Source of the DNA: Candidatus Fermentibacteraceae bacterium
GTDB lineage: Bacteria; Fermentibacterota; Fermentibacteria; Fermentibacterales; JCC-6
Reading direction: 5' to 3'
Assembly (NCBI GenBank): GCA_046485185.1
Contig: JAWOHL010000041.1
Span: 67,299-131,298, forward strand
DNA: 64,000 bases
Part shown: positions 38,109 through 47,333 of the stretch, in pieces
Numbering within the stretch: the first letter of the stretch is position 1
How the letters are laid out: every line of letters starts with the position of its first letter
The notes under the pieces: model-generated
The model's database searches: none
Seen by the model: the letters and a program-made list of their open reading frames with translations, nothing else
What the model was told of the DNA's origin: nothing
Position numbers and translations under genes: made by a program

Positions 38109-39301
38109 TGAAAAACACCTTCGTAATGCTTGCAATCGCTGTTGCCTGTCTTCAGGCCCAGTGGCCCGACACCGTGATAGCCACCGTGTCAACCGGACAG
38201 AGCCCCAACGACGCATGCTTCTCCCCAGATGGAGAGTACGTCTTCGTGGCTGTCGGATTCGGGCTTCTGACAAAGATCAGCACTCAGACCTGGTCCGTGA
38301 GCGGCGTGCTCTCACTTGGCGGAACGCCCAAGTGCGTCACCTGCACACCGGGCAACACCGTTATCGTTGCGGACGGAGAGCTTGGCAGGCTTCTCTTCGT
38401 AGACGGGCAGACCATGACCCTTCTGGGCGAGGAAGCCATCGATCCGGGGCCGGTGGAGTTCGCCCTCGCACCCGACGGCGCGTTCGCATACCTCTCCCAC
38501 AGCGGTGGTTTCGCGAGCATCATCGATACCGCGGCCATGGAAAGGATCGCTTCGATCTGGGTTGGAAACCAGCCCGGCGGGTGCCACCTCACACCCGACG
38601 GCCAGACCCTTTACATCGCAGACAACCAGAGCCCGAACGAGACAGCGCTTTCGCTTCCCATGGGCCCCGCTCAGAGGTTCGTTTCGGGAATGGACAGTTT
38701 TGACTGTCTGCTGACCGAGGGCTCGATCTACCTCTCCAACCCCGGCTGGGAAATGCTTCTCAGGGTTGATGAGAGCACTCTGCTTGTCACTGGAAGCCTT
38801 GAACTCCCGGGGGGCGCCCCCGGCTGGTTGGCTTCCACCCCGGAGCTGCCCTACCTGTTCGCCGTTTCCACCACCGGAAACAAGATCAATGTCATCGATT
38901 CGGCTGACTTCCAGTACGCGGGCCAGATAATGGTGGGCGCCTCTCCCCGAAAACCGTGTTTCTCGCCGGACGGGGCGTTCATCGCGGTCCCGTGCGTTGG
39001 CGCGAACAAGCTTTACGTGATCGGGTACGACCCCGCGGGCGTACAGGAACCGCACCCCGGGTTCGAGATCATGGCAACAGGTCCCGCAGGGACGCCGGAA
39101 ATCGTTTTGAACAATCGGTCAGCAGCATCCTGCACCATAACCCTGCACGACCTCTCGGGAAGAAAGGTGGCCACCCTTCACTCGGGCCCCCTTGGTCCGG
39201 GAAGGCGCTCATTCTTCTGCCACGGGCTGCCATCCGGGGTCTACCATGCCCTGGTAACGGGCGAATTGGAGGGAAGCTGCAGGCTCACGATCATCCGATG
39301 A
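38108..39301 (+). CDS. YVTN-type beta-propeller repeat protein with a T9SS-like C-terminal sorting domain
   Basis: 397 aa. The ATG overlaps the permease stop (TGATG). Signal peptide, repeated PxGxxFSPDGxxxYV motifs, C-terminus CTITLHDLSGRKVATL...GVYHALV...RLTIIR. Confidence 0.75.
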   Translation: MKNTFVMLAIAVACLQAQWPDTVIATVSTGQSPNDACFSPDGEYVFVAVGFGLLTKISTQTWSVSGVLSLGGTPKCVTCTPGNTVIVADGELGRLLFVDGQTMTLLGEEAIDPGPVEFALAPDGAFAYLSHSGGFASIIDTAAMERIASIWVGNQPGGCHLTPDGQTLYIADNQSPNETALSLPMGPAQRFVSGMDSFDCLLTEGSIYLSNPGWEMLLRVDESTLLVTGSLELPGGAPGWLASTPELPYLFAVSTTGNKINVIDSADFQYAGQIMVGASPRKPCFSPDGAFIAVPCVGANKLYVIGYDPAGVQEPHPGFEIMATGPAGTPEIVLNNRSAASCTITLHDLSGRKVATLHSGPLGPGRRSFFCHGLPSGVYHALVTGELEGSCRLTIIR

Positions 39302-40281
39302 AGGTCGCTTTCGTGGTTCCGGTCACCCGTCCCGACGACGCCAGAACCCTGGCGGCCACGCTCTATCAGCGGGTGACACGGACAGGAAGTGAAGTTGTTC
39401 TGGTGACGGAGAGCGCCATAGCAGGACTTCCGCCGAAATCGCGCTGCATCGAGACACGGGAGAGGCACGCTTCGGTCAGGCGGAACCTCGGTGTGAAAGA
39501 CACCACGGCCGAATGGATCGTCTTTCTCGACGACGATACTTTGCCGACCGACACCTGGTTCGAGGCCCTGGAAAATGCCTTGGACGGATCCGACCCCATA
39601 GTCACCGGCCCCACGATACCCATGGGGAATGACCTCGAAGAAAGGCTCTCCGACCTTGTAACCACATCCGCCCTTGGCGAGGGAAGCATGCTCTACGGCT
39701 CCGGTGACGGGTCCTCTCCCGGGTTCAGTTCCATTTATCTGTGCAACTGCCTGGTGAAGCGGGAGGTATGGGAGCGTGCAGGGGGCTTCAACGAGCTGGC
39801 CGACTGGCGCGTGGACGACACGGAGTTTTTCTATATCGCCCTGCGTCTAGGTTTTCGTCCGGTCTTCAGAAGGGCCTTCACGGTCCGGCACCGGCGCAGG
39901 GGCTTCTTCCACGGTTTTCTGCCCCACCAGTTCAAGGCGCGCTACGCGACCGGCATGAACACGGTGCTCTTCCCCGAGATATTCCTTCGGATCCCCGGGG
40001 TACTGGCCATGCTTCTGGGTCTTGCTCTCGCACCCGTGCTGCTTGCGGTGCCACGCCTGTTGAACGCCGGGCTGCTGCTCTACGGCTTCGCGCTTCTCCT
40101 CGACACCCTCCTGCGCATTCCCCGGGACGGCGCGGCAGCCCTTCTTCCCGTGTGCCACCCGATCCATCACGTCTTCATAGCCACCGGGTTCACACTTGGC
40201 CTGCTGCACACCATCTTCACCCGGCGCAGGCACCGGACAGTCCTGGCCCACCGCGCCGAAAGGTACGGTGCGTTCCGATGA
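39298..40281 (+). CDS. Family 2 glycosyltransferase with C-terminal TM helices
   Basis: KVAFVVPVTRPDD..., RNLGVKDTTAEWIVFLDDDT. ATGA overlaps at both ends. Confidence 0.8.
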   Translation: MKVAFVVPVTRPDDARTLAATLYQRVTRTGSEVVLVTESAIAGLPPKSRCIETRERHASVRRNLGVKDTTAEWIVFLDDDTLPTDTWFEALENALDGSDPIVTGPTIPMGNDLEERLSDLVTTSALGEGSMLYGSGDGSSPGFSSIYLCNCLVKREVWERAGGFNELADWRVDDTEFFYIALRLGFRPVFRRAFTVRHRRRGFFHGFLPHQFKARYATGMNTVLFPEIFLRIPGVLAMLLGLALAPVLLAVPRLLNAGLLLYGFALLLDTLLRIPRDGAAALLPVCHPIHHVFIATGFTLGLLHTIFTRRRHRTVLAHRAERYGAFR

Positions 40282-41360
40282 GAGGGCGGCCCTACGGTTT
40301 CGTCTCCATGGCGCTGCGCAGCCTCTTCTCACAAACGCCTCCGTACCTTGTCTTCTTTGTGACATCAAGGTGCGACGCCAGGTGTGTAACCTGCTTCAAC
40401 TGGAAGAACCTGAACTCGAAGCGAAAAGACCAGGAACTAACCCTGGAAGAGATAGAGAGGATAGCCGATTCCTGCAAGAACAGCGTCTTTCTCTCCCTGT
40501 CGGGGGGAGAACCTTTCCTGAGGGATGACATAGCAGGGATCTGCGGGGCATTCAGCGCCCGGGCCGGGACCATGATGATAAACATACCTACCAACTGTCT
40601 TCGCCCCATACAGATAAGGGACCGGACACTGCAGATTCTGAAGGCCTGTCCGGCTACCATACTTCAAGTCGAGCTCTCCATCGATGGCATCGGCGCCACA
40701 CACGATACCATCCGGGGCGTTCCCGGCAACTTCGGGAAAGCGCTGGAAACCTTCGAGAAACTCCGCGACCTTCAGCGGGGACAGCCCCGGCTCAGGCTAA
40801 AGGTATGCTCGGTGCTCAACGCTTACAACCGTCACCAGATCAGGGACCTCATGGAATTCGTTGGGCGGAGCATGCCGGTGGACGACCATTCAATAGTGCC
40901 GGTTCACGGCGAACCGAGGGATGAGTCGGTCCGGGGGGACCCGATCGAAGACTTCCGCGAAGCGGCCGCACTTGCCGACTCACTGCGGAATCGTGGAAGG
41001 GCAGGCTTCAGAGCCCTTGTCTTCAGGGAGGTTCAGTCCCTGGCAAGGCAGAGCATACTGGACACACTGGGCGGAACCGGTCGCCGATTCGTCTGCCCGG
41101 GCGGCTCGAAGATCGCAGTAATAGGGGAAACGGGCCTTGTGTACCCGTGCGAGACCATGATGGCCGAACCCTTGGGCGATCTGAGGAAGGAGGATTACAG
41201 CCTGCCCCGTATCCTCTCCAGACGGGCCGTGAACGGGAAATGCCAATGTGGCTGGTCGTGCGCGCACCTTGCCTCGGTTCTCTTTTCAAACCGTGGAAGG
41301 GCGAAGCTTGCCCTGCGGATCGCAGGCCTGCCTTTCAGACGCAGGGGGAAGCGCAACTGA
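40278..41360 (+). CDS. Radical SAM enzyme with a SPASM/twitch-like C-terminal Cys cluster
   Basis: FFVTSRCDARCVTCFNW, SLSGGEPFL, C-terminal CPGGSKIAVIGETGLVYPCE...CQCGWSC. Confidence 0.8.
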   Translation: MRGRPYGFVSMALRSLFSQTPPYLVFFVTSRCDARCVTCFNWKNLNSKRKDQELTLEEIERIADSCKNSVFLSLSGGEPFLRDDIAGICGAFSARAGTMMINIPTNCLRPIQIRDRTLQILKACPATILQVELSIDGIGATHDTIRGVPGNFGKALETFEKLRDLQRGQPRLRLKVCSVLNAYNRHQIRDLMEFVGRSMPVDDHSIVPVHGEPRDESVRGDPIEDFREAAALADSLRNRGRAGFRALVFREVQSLARQSILDTLGGTGRRFVCPGGSKIAVIGETGLVYPCETMMAEPLGDLRKEDYSLPRILSRRAVNGKCQCGWSCAHLASVLFSNRGRAKLALRIAGLPFRRRGKRN

Positions 41361-42451
41361 AGCTGCTGCATGTGATCAACAACCTCCGTTTCGGGGGGGC
41401 AGAGGTGCTTCTTCGAGACTCCCTGCCGCTTATGAGGGACAGGGGTTTGTCGGTCTCGATACTGATCCTTTCGGACCATGACGAAGAGATACTGAAAGAC
41501 ATCGAGGGAATGGGCTTCAACGTGCTGCGGAGCCGTGCCCGCGATCTGTCCTCCCCGGCGCAGGTGCCCCAGATCCGTCGGCTTCTGAAGAGCGCAGATC
41601 CTGACATCGTACATGTCCACCTGTTCCCGGCCCTTTACTGGACGGCCCTCGCATGCCCCCGCAAAGGTCCCGGAATGGTCTACACCGAGCACAGCACCAC
41701 GAACAGAAGGAGGGAATTCTCCTTTCTCCGCCCCGTTGAAACCCTGATCTACCGCCGCTACGAAAGGATCATCTGTATCAGCGATGGCGTTCGCAGGGCA
41801 CTCCTCTCATGGCTCCCTTCCCTTGCCCGAAGGACTGTCGTGGTCCACAACGGCGTCGACATACAGCGCATCAGGCGAGCCCGGCCGGCGATAAGGGAGG
41901 AATTCCATCCAGGGTGCGCCCCCGGGGACAGACTGCTTGTAATGGTGGCTTCGTTCTCGAGAAAAAAAGACCAGGCAACCGTGATACGGGCTCTCGGGCT
42001 TCTTCCCATGAATTTTTGTCTGCTCCTCCCGGGTGACGGCCCTGCCAGGGAAGACATGAAGAGCCTGGCCAGCGGGCTGGGCCTGGGTGACAGGGTGAGC
42101 TTCCCGGGGAACCGTCCCGACATTCCGGACATCCTGAAGGCGTGCGACTACGCCATCCAGTCCTCAATTTCCGAGGGGTTCGGTCTCGCAGCGGTGGAGT
42201 CCATGGCGGCCGGGCTCCCTGTGCTTGCTTCAAGGGTTTCCGGTCTGTCCGAGGTTGTCGGGGATGCGGGCATCCTGTTCGAGCCCGGCAATCCCGAGGC
42301 ACTCGCCTGCGCCATTTTAGAGGTCGAAAAGAACGGCGGGACCAGGGAAGCCCTTATAACCAGGGGTCTGAAGCGGGCTGACCGTTTCCGCATGGAAAAC
42401 ATGGTGGATAACCTGATCTCGATCTACGGGACCGTACGGGGCCGGTCATGA
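41357..42451 (+). CDS. Family 4 (GT-B) glycosyltransferase; start uncertain (CTG 41357 or GTG 41372)
   Basis: KLLHVINNLRFGGAEV N-terminus and the EGFGLAAVESMAAGLPV E-x7-E motif. Confidence 0.8.
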   Translation: MKLLHVINNLRFGGAEVLLRDSLPLMRDRGLSVSILILSDHDEEILKDIEGMGFNVLRSRARDLSSPAQVPQIRRLLKSADPDIVHVHLFPALYWTALACPRKGPGMVYTEHSTTNRRREFSFLRPVETLIYRRYERIICISDGVRRALLSWLPSLARRTVVVHNGVDIQRIRRARPAIREEFHPGCAPGDRLLVMVASFSRKKDQATVIRALGLLPMNFCLLLPGDGPAREDMKSLASGLGLGDRVSFPGNRPDIPDILKACDYAIQSSISEGFGLAAVESMAAGLPVLASRVSGLSEVVGDAGILFEPGNPEALACAILEVEKNGGTREALITRGLKRADRFRMENMVDNLISIYGTVRGRS

Positions 42452-43794
42452 CCGGCTCCTGAACCTTTCCGGGACAAGCGGGTCAGGGTTTTCTCCACTA
42501 TGAGGAAGACGAAGACCATCGCAGGGAGCAACGGCATGAACCGGACATCGATGAGGACCACCCCCGCGAGGCCGCCAAGAATGGCGCCGAACAGCTCTAT
42601 GGCGGCAAGGTTCTCCCCCGAAACCTCAAGGACCAGGTTCTCAAGCTCCTCCAGGTCCAGCCGGTCTATCTTCCCCTGAACAATGCCCTGAATATCGATC
42701 CCTGAAGCGGCCCTTCGCGCAAACTTGGCTGCGGCACTACGGAAACCTGGTGAGTTTATCCTCTCCCGGGCCATGGCCGCCAGGTGCAGGACCTGGGTGT
42801 CGATCTGAGCCATGACCCAGTCCCAGAGGGCATCGGATGACAGAAATAACCGCGCTTTCCGTATGGCCAGCTCCATCCCTTCGTTCCTCACCCAGTCCGC
42901 AGCCTTTTCCCGGTACTCATCCAGTCTCCGTGAAAACCAGTCCCTCATGCCGGGAGAATCGATCCAGGCCTCGATCTCAGGAGCGCCTTCGTCAAGGAAA
43001 GAGAGCAGAGAGTCGAAGAAGCCTGGTGAACCCACCTTTTTTCTTATCTCCCGTCTTATCATCTCCTCGTTGACCCTGAGAACCTTTTTTCCAAAGCCGA
43101 GCAGCAACCTCTCCGGCAGCTTTTTTGAACCTATGTAATCGTCCAGCGCGTCGTTAACGAATGCAGCGATCAGGGTATCATTCCTGTCGGCAACGATTAT
43201 CAGCGTTCTGGCCACCGACTCCCTTGTGCCGGGGTTGTCAAGTTCCCTTCTGAGGGCGGCTCTGAGTGCGGACCAAACCTTCCCGGGAGCTGTTCTTTCT
43301 GCAATGAACTCCGACACGTACTCCTCTACCCTCAGCGCAACCGAGCCTGAGTGCTGTTCCACCAGCCTCTCGAGAACACCCTGAAGGTAATCCGCCGTGG
43401 CCGTTCTGACGTCCTGCCTGGCCGCAAGGCCCTGAACTCCGTCGACAACGAACCTGGCGGCCTTTTCAGGCAGCCCGTGCTCCTCCATGTAGGCAAGCAC
43501 CGAATCGGTGTCGAGAAGCCGCTGCGCGACCGCTGTGCCGATGGCGGAGGCCAGTTCGGCCCTTTTTGCGGGAATGAGCCCCTGCCGGCCGAACACCGTC
43601 CTGCTATGGGGCTTGAACAGCATTCGAATGGCGAAGTGATTGGTCCAGATGCCCACTGTTCCGGAAAGGGCGACTTTGAACACCCAGTCAAACCAGGTTA
43701 CGGAATCGAAGAAGTAACCGAGCGCACCGAACACCCCGGTAAGCAACGGAAAGAAGAACATGGAGAAGCGGCGCAGACTGCCGACGCTCATCAA
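42424..43794 (-). CDS. DUF445-family membrane protein
   Basis: 456 aa, N- and C-terminal TM helices, GIWTNHFAIRMLFKP...GLIPAKR motif. Confidence 0.6.
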   Translation of the reverse strand: MMSVGSLRRFSMFFFPLLTGVFGALGYFFDSVTWFDWVFKVALSGTVGIWTNHFAIRMLFKPHSRTVFGRQGLIPAKRAELASAIGTAVAQRLLDTDSVLAYMEEHGLPEKAARFVVDGVQGLAARQDVRTATADYLQGVLERLVEQHSGSVALRVEEYVSEFIAERTAPGKVWSALRAALRRELDNPGTRESVARTLIIVADRNDTLIAAFVNDALDDYIGSKKLPERLLLGFGKKVLRVNEEMIRREIRKKVGSPGFFDSLLSFLDEGAPEIEAWIDSPGMRDWFSRRLDEYREKAADWVRNEGMELAIRKARLFLSSDALWDWVMAQIDTQVLHLAAMARERINSPGFRSAAAKFARRAASGIDIQGIVQGKIDRLDLEELENLVLEVSGENLAAIELFGAILGGLAGVVLIDVRFMPLLPAMVFVFLIVEKTLTRLSRKGSGAGHDRPRTVP

Positions 43795-46550
43795 TTGCCA
43801 ATCCTGAGCCTGAGGTAGTAATCGAGGTCGCTCTTTTTCCAGGTTTCGACAGCCGGCGTGCGCGTGTAGTCGAGGTTGAGGCCCAACAACAGGGAAAGGG
43901 GACCGGGGAGGTCAAAGTCGAGTTCGCTGTTGGCATATGACACTGTGTGACGGGCATCGCCCGGAGGCAGGTACACGCTTCCCCCCAGCCAGAGGTTGGG
44001 AAGCCAGTGCCGGGGACGGCGCATCCATGCCCCGAAGGACGCGAAAGATGTGACCCTGTCTGTCCTGTCCTCACCTACTGACCAGCGTGTGTTGACAAGA
44101 CCGACCCCGATCTCGGGCGCCAGCCATACCCATTCCGCCGGCCAGCTCTTCCATCCGGCAGCGATGTATGAGCTGACCTGCCACGGTCTGACCGTCAGGG
44201 GTTGCCTGTCCCAGCTGCTGCTCAGGCCTGCGTAGATCCGTTCGTTGAAGAAATGCTCGTGGGTCAGCGATGCATAGGCGGATTCCCGCTCACGTTCCCC
44301 GCTCCTTTCCTCGAGACGCATGCTTCCACTCAACTTCAAGCTGCTGCCGCGCAAATAATTGAAGCCGACCGAGGCGCCTCCGCTCACGGCCGACTCATCC
44401 TGGTTGCCGCTGGAGAAGGACAGGTCTGTCCAGAGGTTCCAGCTGAAAGGGCTGTAATGTTCGCTGTGCCATGTCCTGTCGTAATCACCGCCGGTTATGT
44501 AGAGGATGCGAGCTTCGGCGTAGGAATAGCCCGGTACGATCCTGAGGGCGTCGAGGTATCTCTCGGCGGCCCCTTCAGGATTACCCCGACGCTCTTCGAT
44601 GAGGCCGAGGTAGCAGATTGCGAAAACCGACGACGGGTCGAGAGAAAGAGAAGCCAGCAGGGCTTCTTCGGCATCTCCTATCCGGCCCTCGAAAAGTCTT
44701 GCTTCACCCAGTTCCGAAAGCACCAGCGATGTCGAGTCAAGGTCGAGGGCAATGTCAAGTCTGTCACCGGCGCCTGAGTAATCCCCGCTTCTGTAGAGGT
44801 AACCCGCTATCTCGCGGTGCACCTCGATGTCTTCTCCGGCCTGGGCCGAAGCGTTGAGGTAGCATGTCCGGGCTTCCGTGTTCTTCTCAAGCCCCTCGAA
44901 AAGGCCTCCGAGATCGATCCAGTCCCACGGGCTATCAATTCCGGCAGCAATTGCCCTGTTCGCGGCCCTTACCGCGTCATTCGAGTATCCCATACCCATC
45001 GCGTTCCAACCGTAGCGGGTGTAGTGCAAGCCCCCGGAAATGATCTGCCCGATGGAATCAGCCAACACCGGAGAACCCGAGTCCTCGAGGATGAATACCT
45101 TCTCCACGAGTCCCACCTCTGCCTCGGAGGCCGGCGAGTCGAGGTATCTGTCGATGCTCTGAAGGGAGCTGTCGAAGTCTCCGGTGAGCCTGTGGAGACG
45201 GGCCAGGTTCAACAGTCCGTAACTGTATTCGGGCTCGGACGAGACCGCTCTGCCGAAGTATTCGAGAGCAGCCGGGAGGTTTCCCGCTTCAACGGAGATG
45301 CTCCCCATCTCGCCGAGGATCCAGGGTTCGTCGCCGAGATACTCAAGGGCTTCCGTGAACCACGCCATAGCGAGAAGCTCCTCGCCGGCCTCCCGAAAAA
45401 GCGAGCCCCGGCGCTGCCAGCCGTAGGAATAGCTGCTGTCCAGCGCAACACCGCTTTCGTAAGCCTCTGCTGCCTCGGTGAAAAGACCCAGTGACTCCAG
45501 TGACCAGCCAAGTTCTCCCCATGTCCAGCTCGACGGGTTGAGTTCGAGGCTTTTCCTGAAGGCCTGGGAGGCTTTCATCAGATCCCCGGTGTCTTCGTAT
45601 GCCAGCCCCAGATCTGTCCAGGCGACGCCGTACGTGCTGTCGGCCGCAACTGCGCTCTCGAGATACCCGATCTCCTCAAGCGGGTCTTCAGCCAGGGAAG
45701 CCAGCCGATGGTAGGCCCAGGCGTACGATGGATTGGCATCGATTCCCTCCTGGTAGTACTCAATGGCTTCTGGCAATCTCCCCAGACGTTCCATGAGACG
45801 GGCGAGTTGACCCCAGGTCCAGTAGTCTTCGGGCGCAGTTGCCAGAAGCGCGCGAAATGCCTTCACGGCATGCCCCAACCGTCCCTGTCCCTCGTGAATG
45901 TTGCCCAGAAGCCTTCGGGCGCTCACCCTTTCCGGCTCGGCCTCGAGCACCCTTTCGAGAACCGCGATGGCGGAATCGGGCCTTCCCGTGATATCGTAAA
46001 CCGTTGCCTTCTCCTCCATCAGGGAAAAACCTGCTGGATGAAGCGCTATCGCGGCGTTAAGAGTTGTTATGGCATCTTCGTGCCGGCCCAGGTCCTCGAG
46101 AGCCCAGGCAGCCGTGAGGTTTGCGGGAATGAAGCCGGGGTCCGCGGAAATGGCGATCGAGGCAAGCCTGTGGGCCTCTTCCGGATTCGACGATGCAAGG
46201 TACAGGTAAGCCATCGATTCCAGCAGGACGGGATCATCGCCCGGCACCAGGATGAGCGCCTTCTGAAAGGCTGCCTCGGCGCGGTCGGGGTCGGTCTCGG
46301 TGAGGATCGCTCCCAGCGCCGTCCAGCCACGGAAATCTGTGGAATCGGTCCTGATGCACTCCATGATCATCTCGAGAGCACCCGGATCCCCCGTGAAATG
46401 CATGGAAAGGGCAAGTGCCTGCTCCCGGCCCGACACAGTGTCGGGAAGGGAAGAAACACTCAACAGAGCGCCCTCCTGATCGGCAACACGGTAGCTTCCG
46501 TACCACCCCTCGGGCCAGAACGCGCAAAGCAGGGTTATCAAGAAAAGCAA
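43791..46550 (-). CDS. TPR-repeat protein with a C-terminal putative outer-membrane beta-barrel (BcsC/PgaA/PelB-like architecture)
   Basis: 919 aa, signal peptide, about 650 aa of TPR motifs (A..Y..AL..DP...A). The last ~230 aa have an alternating beta pattern. Confidence 0.7.
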   Translation of the reverse strand: MLFLITLLCAFWPEGWYGSYRVADQEGALLSVSSLPDTVSGREQALALSMHFTGDPGALEMIMECIRTDSTDFRGWTALGAILTETDPDRAEAAFQKALILVPGDDPVLLESMAYLYLASSNPEEAHRLASIAISADPGFIPANLTAAWALEDLGRHEDAITTLNAAIALHPAGFSLMEEKATVYDITGRPDSAIAVLERVLEAEPERVSARRLLGNIHEGQGRLGHAVKAFRALLATAPEDYWTWGQLARLMERLGRLPEAIEYYQEGIDANPSYAWAYHRLASLAEDPLEEIGYLESAVAADSTYGVAWTDLGLAYEDTGDLMKASQAFRKSLELNPSSWTWGELGWSLESLGLFTEAAEAYESGVALDSSYSYGWQRRGSLFREAGEELLAMAWFTEALEYLGDEPWILGEMGSISVEAGNLPAALEYFGRAVSSEPEYSYGLLNLARLHRLTGDFDSSLQSIDRYLDSPASEAEVGLVEKVFILEDSGSPVLADSIGQIISGGLHYTRYGWNAMGMGYSNDAVRAANRAIAAGIDSPWDWIDLGGLFEGLEKNTEARTCYLNASAQAGEDIEVHREIAGYLYRSGDYSGAGDRLDIALDLDSTSLVLSELGEARLFEGRIGDAEEALLASLSLDPSSVFAICYLGLIEERRGNPEGAAERYLDALRIVPGYSYAEARILYITGGDYDRTWHSEHYSPFSWNLWTDLSFSSGNQDESAVSGGASVGFNYLRGSSLKLSGSMRLEERSGERERESAYASLTHEHFFNERIYAGLSSSWDRQPLTVRPWQVSSYIAAGWKSWPAEWVWLAPEIGVGLVNTRWSVGEDRTDRVTSFASFGAWMRRPRHWLPNLWLGGSVYLPPGDARHTVSYANSELDFDLPGPLSLLLGLNLDYTRTPAVETWKKSDLDYYLRLRIGN

Positions 46551-46553
46551 TTC

Positions 46554-47333
46554 CTACGCTCCTCTGTTCAGAAGAAACCAGACCGTGCCAAAGCCTCCGA
46601 TGGCCCAGCAGTACCAGCAGAACCTGTGAAGCGCCCCTGCGCTTACGAAACGCAGCAGTACCTTCAGAGCAGCGTACCCTACCAGAGCCGATACTGCGAA
46701 GCCAACCGCGAGCACACCAAATGAGGTATTCCATTCCGCTTCCGGCAGTTCCAGGACCGCGGCGCCAAGGATGGCCGGAACGGAAAGGAGGAACGAGAAC
46801 CTTGCGGCTTCAGCTCTGCCCACTCCCCTGAAAAGACCAGCAGAGATCGTCAGCCCGGACCGGGAAACCCCGGGCAGAACCGCCAGCGCCTGAAAAAAAC
46901 CAATAAAGACGCCCCTGCGTATGCCGGGTTCGCCCCTTCCCCTGGGAGAAAACCTTGTAAGGAAGAGAACCGTGCCCGTGAGAAGCATGAGAACGCTCAC
47001 CACCAGGGGCATTCCGAAGACGGCCTCGATGCTGTCCGAGAGGAAGATCCCTGCGATCCCGGCGGGAACGGAAGCCACTATCAGTGAGAGTGCCATGAGC
47101 CTGCTCTCCCTGCAGCCTCGAACAACACCCGCGGCAATTGATGAAAGGTCTTTTCCGTAAACGAGAAGAACTGCCACCAGCGTGCCGAGATGGAGAACGA
47201 CCTCGAAGGCCATGCTCCCCGCTGGAACGTTCATGAATGCAGAAGCCAGCGCAAGGTGCCCAGAGCTGGAAACAGGGAGGAATTCGGTGAGACCCTGGAT
47301 CGCCGCAAGCGCCATGCTCTCGAAAAGGTTCAT
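46554..47333 (-). CDS. uppP: Undecaprenyl-diphosphate phosphatase
   Basis: GLTEFLPVSSSGHL motif, 259 aa, multi-TM. Confidence 0.92.
   Translation of the reverse strand: MNLFESMALAAIQGLTEFLPVSSSGHLALASAFMNVPAGSMAFEVVLHLGTLVAVLLVYGKDLSSIAAGVVRGCRESRLMALSLIVASVPAGIAGIFLSDSIEAVFGMPLVVSVLMLLTGTVLFLTRFSPRGRGEPGIRRGVFIGFFQALAVLPGVSRSGLTISAGLFRGVGRAEAARFSFLLSVPAILGAAVLELPEAEWNTSFGVLAVGFAVSALVGYAALKVLLRFVSAGALHRFCWYCWAIGGFGTVWFLLNRGA

Noticed and set aside
37086-38273. 395-aa minus-strand ORF opposite the FtsX permease, and 38312..39055 opposite the propeller gene.
   Set aside because: The plus-strand genes have clear domain signatures and coupled junctions. The antisense translations are Arg/Gly-rich with no motifs.
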